A DNA stretch of 56,246 nt from Ignavibacteriales bacterium (GTDB taxonomy: Bacteria; Bacteroidota; Ignavibacteria; UBA10030): NCBI GenBank assembly GCA_037446575.1, contig JBBIII010000007.1, forward strand, positions 1 through 56,246, written 5' to 3'. The notes beneath the pieces are model-generated. The model had not been told where the DNA came from. It worked only from the letters and a program-made list of their open reading frames with translations, and did not search any database. A program made the translations under genes and the position numbers. Shown here one piece after another: positions 51,494 through 56,246 of the stretch. Numbering within the stretch: position 1 is the first letter of the stretch; each line of letters begins with the position of its first letter.

Positions 51494-53002
51494 ATGTATG
51501 AGCATATAAACAAATTGTTTGCTAAACCCTCCTCAACCGAGTGGGAATGGATGCTGTATATAACCATTGGATTAGTTTTATGTGTAATTGTTGGCGAAAT
51601 TATTCGCAAACAATTTCATTGGTCTGCTGAAGTATCCAGAAAAATTGTCCATATATCTGTCGGAATTCTCATATTTTTTGCTCCGCTAATATTTGTTTCG
51701 GCTTTAATTCCACTTGTGTTATCTATTGTTGCAATGATAGCGATGGCTTTTGCTGTTAAAACAGGATTGCTCGTTGGAATGCACGGAGCATCCCGATTTT
51801 CTTACGGCACAGTTTTCTATCCATTTTCTTTTTTTGTTCTGATAGTACTATTCTGGTATCGGCATCCTGAAATCGTCTCACTATCTATGTTAGGTCTTGC
51901 AATTGGTGATGCATTTGCGGCTATAGTTGGCGAATCTCTAAAATCTGCAACTACTTTTAGATTGACATCGGATATGAAATCGGTTGAAGGCACAATAACA
52001 ATGTTTATAATGACAATGCTGAGTTTGATTGGCGGAATGTATTATTTAGGACTTCAAGAAAGCCAGCCGCTCGGATATTTAATTGCAACAGCCGCAGTTG
52101 CCGCAATTATAGCGACTGCCTGGGAGGCGATTTCATCAAAAGGGTTTGATAATTTTACAGTTCCAATATCTATAGCATTTGTTCTTTTTTATTTCTTTGC
52201 ACCGTCACAAATGCGCGATGTCTCGCAATTTACTACAGGTATTTCGTTTTCTATTTTAATAGCAGTAGCATCGTATTATTTAAGAATATTAAACCTAAGC
52301 GGCGCAATTGCAACTTTTTTACTTGCAAGCGTAATTTACGGAATTGGCGGATGGAAATGGACGCTCCCAATATTGACATTTTTTATTCTTTCAAGTCTAA
52401 TATCAAGAATCGGAAATAAGAAAAAGCTTCAGTACGAAAACATATTTGAAAAATCCAGCAAGCGAGATTGGGGACAAGTTTTAGCCAATGGCGGAGTTGC
52501 TGGATTAATAGTCGTTTGTCAATATATTTTTCAGGATTATGATTTCTACCCGATTTATTTGGGCGTAGTAGCCGCCGCAATGGCAGACACATGGGGAACT
52601 GAAATTGGATTATTGATTAGCGGTAAAACATTTTCGATTTCTCGTCTTAAAAGCGTAGCGCCAGGAACTAATGGAGGGGTTTCGTTAGGTGGGTTTGCAT
52701 CCGGCGCTTTAGGCGCATTGTTTGTCGCTGGTAGCTCCTATCCATTTATATATTCGGATAGAATATTTATTATTTCTGCCTTTGCAGGCGTAATCGGAAG
52801 TTTGGTAGATAGTTTTATAGGCGGAACAATTCAGGCACAATATAAATGTTCGGTGTGCAATAAAATTACAGAAAAAAAGCTCCACTGTAATTTGCAAACA
52901 GAATTATTTTCCGGTCTGAAATGGTTAAATAATGATTTTGTGAATTTTATATGTGTTGTTTCGGGTGGAGCTATAGCATGGATATTAAATTTGATTTTGT
53001 AA
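51494..53002 (+). CDS. Fusion of SEC59/DGK1/VTE5-type CTP-dependent kinase and DUF92 (TMEM19/VTE6-like)
   Basis: RKIVH, GDAFAAIVG, KSVEG, DN in the N-half; QVLANGG, ADTWGTEIG, PGTNGGVS, DSFIG in the C-half. Confidence 0.85.
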   Translation: MYEHINKLFAKPSSTEWEWMLYITIGLVLCVIVGEIIRKQFHWSAEVSRKIVHISVGILIFFAPLIFVSALIPLVLSIVAMIAMAFAVKTGLLVGMHGASRFSYGTVFYPFSFFVLIVLFWYRHPEIVSLSMLGLAIGDAFAAIVGESLKSATTFRLTSDMKSVEGTITMFIMTMLSLIGGMYYLGLQESQPLGYLIATAAVAAIIATAWEAISSKGFDNFTVPISIAFVLFYFFAPSQMRDVSQFTTGISFSILIAVASYYLRILNLSGAIATFLLASVIYGIGGWKWTLPILTFFILSSLISRIGNKKKLQYENIFEKSSKRDWGQVLANGGVAGLIVVCQYIFQDYDFYPIYLGVVAAAMADTWGTEIGLLISGKTFSISRLKSVAPGTNGGVSLGGFASGALGALFVAGSSYPFIYSDRIFIISAFAGVIGSLVDSFIGGTIQAQYKCSVCNKITEKKLHCNLQTELFSGLKWLNNDFVNFICVVSGGAIAWILNLIL

Positions 53003-53017
53003 AAAGAAGTCGCTCGA

Positions 53018-53136
53018 AGATGTCTGACACTTACCTGAGGATTTGATTTGCGAAGTGTCTGACATCTGAATCGTTATATTTGTCAGGAAAAAACTCCTGA
53101 CTCCATCGTGATTATTGAGAAAGATGTTTGACATCT
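53018..53136. repeat. Cluster of three 15-bp REP-like palindromes plus one hairpin
   Basis: agatgtctgacactt 53018-53032; aagtgtctgacatct 53053-53067; agatgtttgacatct 53122-53136; gtcagga..tcctgac 53082-53101. Confidence 0.8.
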
Positions 53137-53216
53137 AACTAATATTAAAAGATTACTGCTATTGAATCATGTCTCGCAGTTGTAGAAGTTTTATTAATTT
53201 GATGTAAAGGAAAAAA

Positions 53217-56111
53217 ATGAAGAAAATATTTTTAACAATTCTAAGTGGAATAATTTTAACGGAAGCATCGCTTGCTCAAACGGCATCCAGCGTATGGGAA
53301 TTAACAACTAACACTACTCCAATAATTATCGGCGAAGTAGTCAGCGCGAATCAATCGGCAATGAATTTATCTTATATAGAATGGAAAACTACATATCAAA
53401 GACGCGCAATCAGCAGTACAAATAAACTTTTGCCTGTCGGTTATAATGAAAGCTATTATATCCAATATATAATTGCGCCGAAGCCGGGATATAGTATAAA
53501 CGTCAATTCAATTACAATGAAATTATTTTGCGATGGTACAAGCGATAAAGGAAAAGCGGCTATTTATTATTCACTTAAAAATGATTTTTCTTCATCTACG
53601 GCAATATATTCGTTTGCAACACCGCTTTCATTGAGCGGCTCACTGCCTGCCAATCCAAATGTAAGTTTTACTGGAAATATTCGAGTGAGTAATGGCGACA
53701 CTTTATACTTGAGAGTATATCCTTGGTTAACAGAGGTAACATCTTCCGGTAAGTATTTAGCAAGCGCTAATGTTGTTATCTCTGGTATCGCGCAATCGAC
53801 AATTGCGATAATAACATCAACAGATGAGCTAAGCGAGTTTATGCAAACAACCGCAACCCCGTCAGATTCAAAATCTTACAGCGTATCGGGTTTGAATCTT
53901 ACAAACAATGTCATAATTACTCCACCTGAAAATTTTGAAATATCTACTGACGCCGGTTCATCATGGAATAATAATTTATCGCCAGTGGCGCTAACCCAAA
54001 CCGGCGGCGTAATATCTGGTCAACCAGTTACAATATTAGTTAGAATGAATTTATCATCCGCAGGAGCTTTTAGCAGTGAAATAACTCATAATAGCGAAGG
54101 AGCTTCAATCAAACGCGTCTTAGTAAGCGGAGTTCGTTTAATGGCCGAACCGACTGTTCAATCGGCTATTACATTTGGTAATACAACAGGAAGTACTATT
54201 GAAGTGAATTTTTCTGGAGGAAATGGAAGCAGGCGGATTCTTGTTGCACGCAAATTAAATCCAGTTTCTTGGGCTCCATCTGATGGCAGTGGAGTAAATG
54301 CAAACAGCGATTTTTCATCAGCAATAGATATGGGTGATTCAAATAAAGTCATTTACGATGGTGCGGGGAATAGCGTCATTGTTAGCGGATTGAATGTTGG
54401 AACATTGTATCATTTCGCAGTATATGAATATAATGTTGCCTCAGGTAATTCGCAGAACTACTTAATAGATTCTCCGGGCAGAGGTAATATATCGTCACTC
54501 TCAATTTCAACTTTATATGTTACTCCGGATTCATTAAATTTCGGGTTAGCAGTTGTTAGTGGTTCTATAATTGAAAAATCGTTCATGCTTGAGGGAAATT
54601 TTCTTTCTCCAGAAAGTGGAAATATCACTGTAAGCGCTCCGGTTGGATATCAAGTGTCAGTAGTTAGCAAAGCAAATTATGCATCGACTCTCGAAATTCC
54701 GTATACAGATTCTTCAATAAGGAAAACAATATACGTTTGTTTTATACCAACTGAAAATACAATCTACAGCGGAATTATTTCTATCGCTGGCGGTGGCGCG
54801 GTTGAAGTAAATGTTGCTGTAAACGGAAAAGGTGTGTCATCTTCAACTCTTCCTTCAATGCAAATGATTGGTTATGCAACTGTCAGCGGCGAAGGATATA
54901 CGACAACCACAGGGGGGGCTGGCGGCACAGTTACAACTGTTAGAACTTTAGCAGATTTACAGACATGGGCGGCTGCAAGAGAAAATAAAACTAACCCTGC
55001 CATATTATATATCGATGGAAAAATATCAAGCCCTACATCTACAGTCGTTACAATTAAGCATGGAGCTAATATTTCAATTTATGGTGTTGGTTCGACAGCC
55101 GAGTTACAAAATGTAGGACTTAATATACGAAATTATAAAAATGTAATTATAAGAAATTTAATAATTCACGAAGTTCTCTATCCAAACGATGCGCTGACAA
55201 TTGATGAATGCCGCCATGTATGGGTAGATCATTGTGAGTTGTATAGCAAAATAGGTCCGGGAATTGGAGTAGATACTTATGACGGTTTGCTTGATATAAA
55301 AAATGGCTCGCGTTATGTAACAGTATCCTGGTGTTACTTTCATCATCACATGAAATGCATGCTGTGGGGACACACCGATAACGTTGCACAAAGACAGATT
55401 GATAGTTTAATGAGAATTTCTTTTCATCATAATTGGGTCTCTTATACAGATGGGCGTAATCCGAGCTTGCGTTTTGGAGTGGCTCACATTTTCAATAATT
55501 ATTTTGAAGAAATAACTGATTATGGAGTTGCGGCGCGAGTTGGCGCGCGTGTTAAATTAGAAAACAACCATTACCGCAACGTTGTGTTGCCTATGTCGAC
55601 TGATAAATTTCCGGTTACGGGATTGCCAAATGGATATATTTGCGAAAGCGGGAATCTATTTTCAGGTTTGTGTGGGGAAAAAGTTATTTCACAAGCAGGA
55701 TGCGAGTGGTGGAATTTCGAAACATTGCCGTATTTATATGAACTCGATCCTGTTGAAATGATCGAAGAAAATGTAAAACTCTATGCTGGGGTAGGAATTA
55801 TAACGACAACCGTTAAAAAACATATGGAAGAATTACCTATTGCATTCAAATTATACCAAAATTATCCAAATCCGTTTAATCCAACCACTACAATCCGATT
55901 CGATATTCCCAACGTAGGGACACATCACGATGTGTCATTAAAGATATATGATATTATTGGGCGCGAAGTAGCAACGCTTGTGAATGAACCAAAAGAAGTC
56001 GGCAGTTATGAAGTTGTATTAGACGCATCAAATCTTGCAAGCGGTATCTATTTTTACAAATTGCAGGCAAGTAATTTTTCGTCTGTAAAGAAATTAGTAT
56101 TGATGAAATAA
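53217..56111 (+). CDS. Multidomain pectate lyase (PL1) with T9SS CTD
   Basis: Signal ending SLA|Q; TTGGAGG, NVIIRNL, WVDH, DGLLD, RNPSLR; QNYPNPFNP...SGIYFYKL...KKLVLMK. Confidence 0.9.
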   Translation: MKKIFLTILSGIILTEASLAQTASSVWELTTNTTPIIIGEVVSANQSAMNLSYIEWKTTYQRRAISSTNKLLPVGYNESYYIQYIIAPKPGYSINVNSITMKLFCDGTSDKGKAAIYYSLKNDFSSSTAIYSFATPLSLSGSLPANPNVSFTGNIRVSNGDTLYLRVYPWLTEVTSSGKYLASANVVISGIAQSTIAIITSTDELSEFMQTTATPSDSKSYSVSGLNLTNNVIITPPENFEISTDAGSSWNNNLSPVALTQTGGVISGQPVTILVRMNLSSAGAFSSEITHNSEGASIKRVLVSGVRLMAEPTVQSAITFGNTTGSTIEVNFSGGNGSRRILVARKLNPVSWAPSDGSGVNANSDFSSAIDMGDSNKVIYDGAGNSVIVSGLNVGTLYHFAVYEYNVASGNSQNYLIDSPGRGNISSLSISTLYVTPDSLNFGLAVVSGSIIEKSFMLEGNFLSPESGNITVSAPVGYQVSVVSKANYASTLEIPYTDSSIRKTIYVCFIPTENTIYSGIISIAGGGAVEVNVAVNGKGVSSSTLPSMQMIGYATVSGEGYTTTTGGAGGTVTTVRTLADLQTWAAARENKTNPAILYIDGKISSPTSTVVTIKHGANISIYGVGSTAELQNVGLNIRNYKNVIIRNLIIHEVLYPNDALTIDECRHVWVDHCELYSKIGPGIGVDTYDGLLDIKNGSRYVTVSWCYFHHHMKCMLWGHTDNVAQRQIDSLMRISFHHNWVSYTDGRNPSLRFGVAHIFNNYFEEITDYGVAARVGARVKLENNHYRNVVLPMSTDKFPVTGLPNGYICESGNLFSGLCGEKVISQAGCEWWNFETLPYLYELDPVEMIEENVKLYAGVGIITTTVKKHMEELPIAFKLYQNYPNPFNPTTTIRFDIPNVGTHHDVSLKIYDIIGREVATLVNEPKEVGSYEVVLDASNLASGIYFYKLQASNFSSVKKLVLMK
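55914..55940. repeat. GTAG-type REP-like palindrome inside the coding sequence
   Basis: GTAGG-GACACATC-ac-GATGTGTC-atta, encoding VGTHHDVSL. Confidence 0.7.
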
Positions 56112-56198
56112 GGAAATCCTTCCAGTTAGTTAAAGAGAAAAGGTTATCTTTTTGGTGTAATAAAAATAAGAAGTATCCGGAAGGATTTCCTTATTTCA
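56104..56198. repeat. Perfect 20-bp inverted repeat spanning both stop codons, 55-bp spacer
   Basis: tgaaataaggaaatccttcc 56104-56123 and ggaaggatttccttatttca 56179-56198. Confidence 0.95.
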
Positions 56199-56246
56199 AC
56201 AGCACTAACTTCTTCGTCTCATAAGACAAACCTATATTCAAACGAT
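56191..56246 (-). CDS. 3' end of a convergent T9SS-CTD gene (partial, absent from the ORF track)
   Basis: Minus strand translates ...RLNIGLSYETKKLVLLK-stop, matching the CTD ends of the other two cargo genes. Confidence 0.85.
   Translation of the reverse strand, partial: RLNIGLSYETKKLVLLK

Overview
AT-rich bacterial chromosome segment, most consistent with Ignavibacteria or a related FCB-group lineage. The basis is T9SS-type C-terminal domains ending KK(M/L)V(M/L)xK, Shine-Dalgarno usage, type-2 IleRS, and the yggS-divIVA-punA-ileS-dksA-lspA-rluD gene order. The core (about 9.9-53 kb) is housekeeping: rplU/rpmA, aroE, ileS, guaA, radC, phoH, mazG, tRNA-Ala(CGC), SRP RNA, rng, fsa/tal, gcvT, ftsK, lolA, uppP, holA. 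Both ends carry accessory secreted-protein loci. The left end (0-8 kb) has a CTD-less beta-solenoid protein with an elaborate leader, two paralogous small ORFs, and a 1360-aa Ig-repeat/dockerin/T9SS protein that shares modules with the first protein; this may be a filament plus anchor system. The right end has a PL1 pectate lyase and the tail of an unannotated convergent T9SS gene. The clearest unexplained signal is that all three T9SS-CTD genes end in the identical sequence AAA-TAA-GGAAATCCTTCC. It forms a 13-bp hairpin at 7.9 kb and a perfect 20-bp inverted repeat at 56.1 kb. REP-like palindromes also occur, one of them inside a CTD coding sequence. No transposase, integrase, reverse transcriptase or CRISPR array is visible. 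All calls come from motif recognition by eye; no database search or folding was run.
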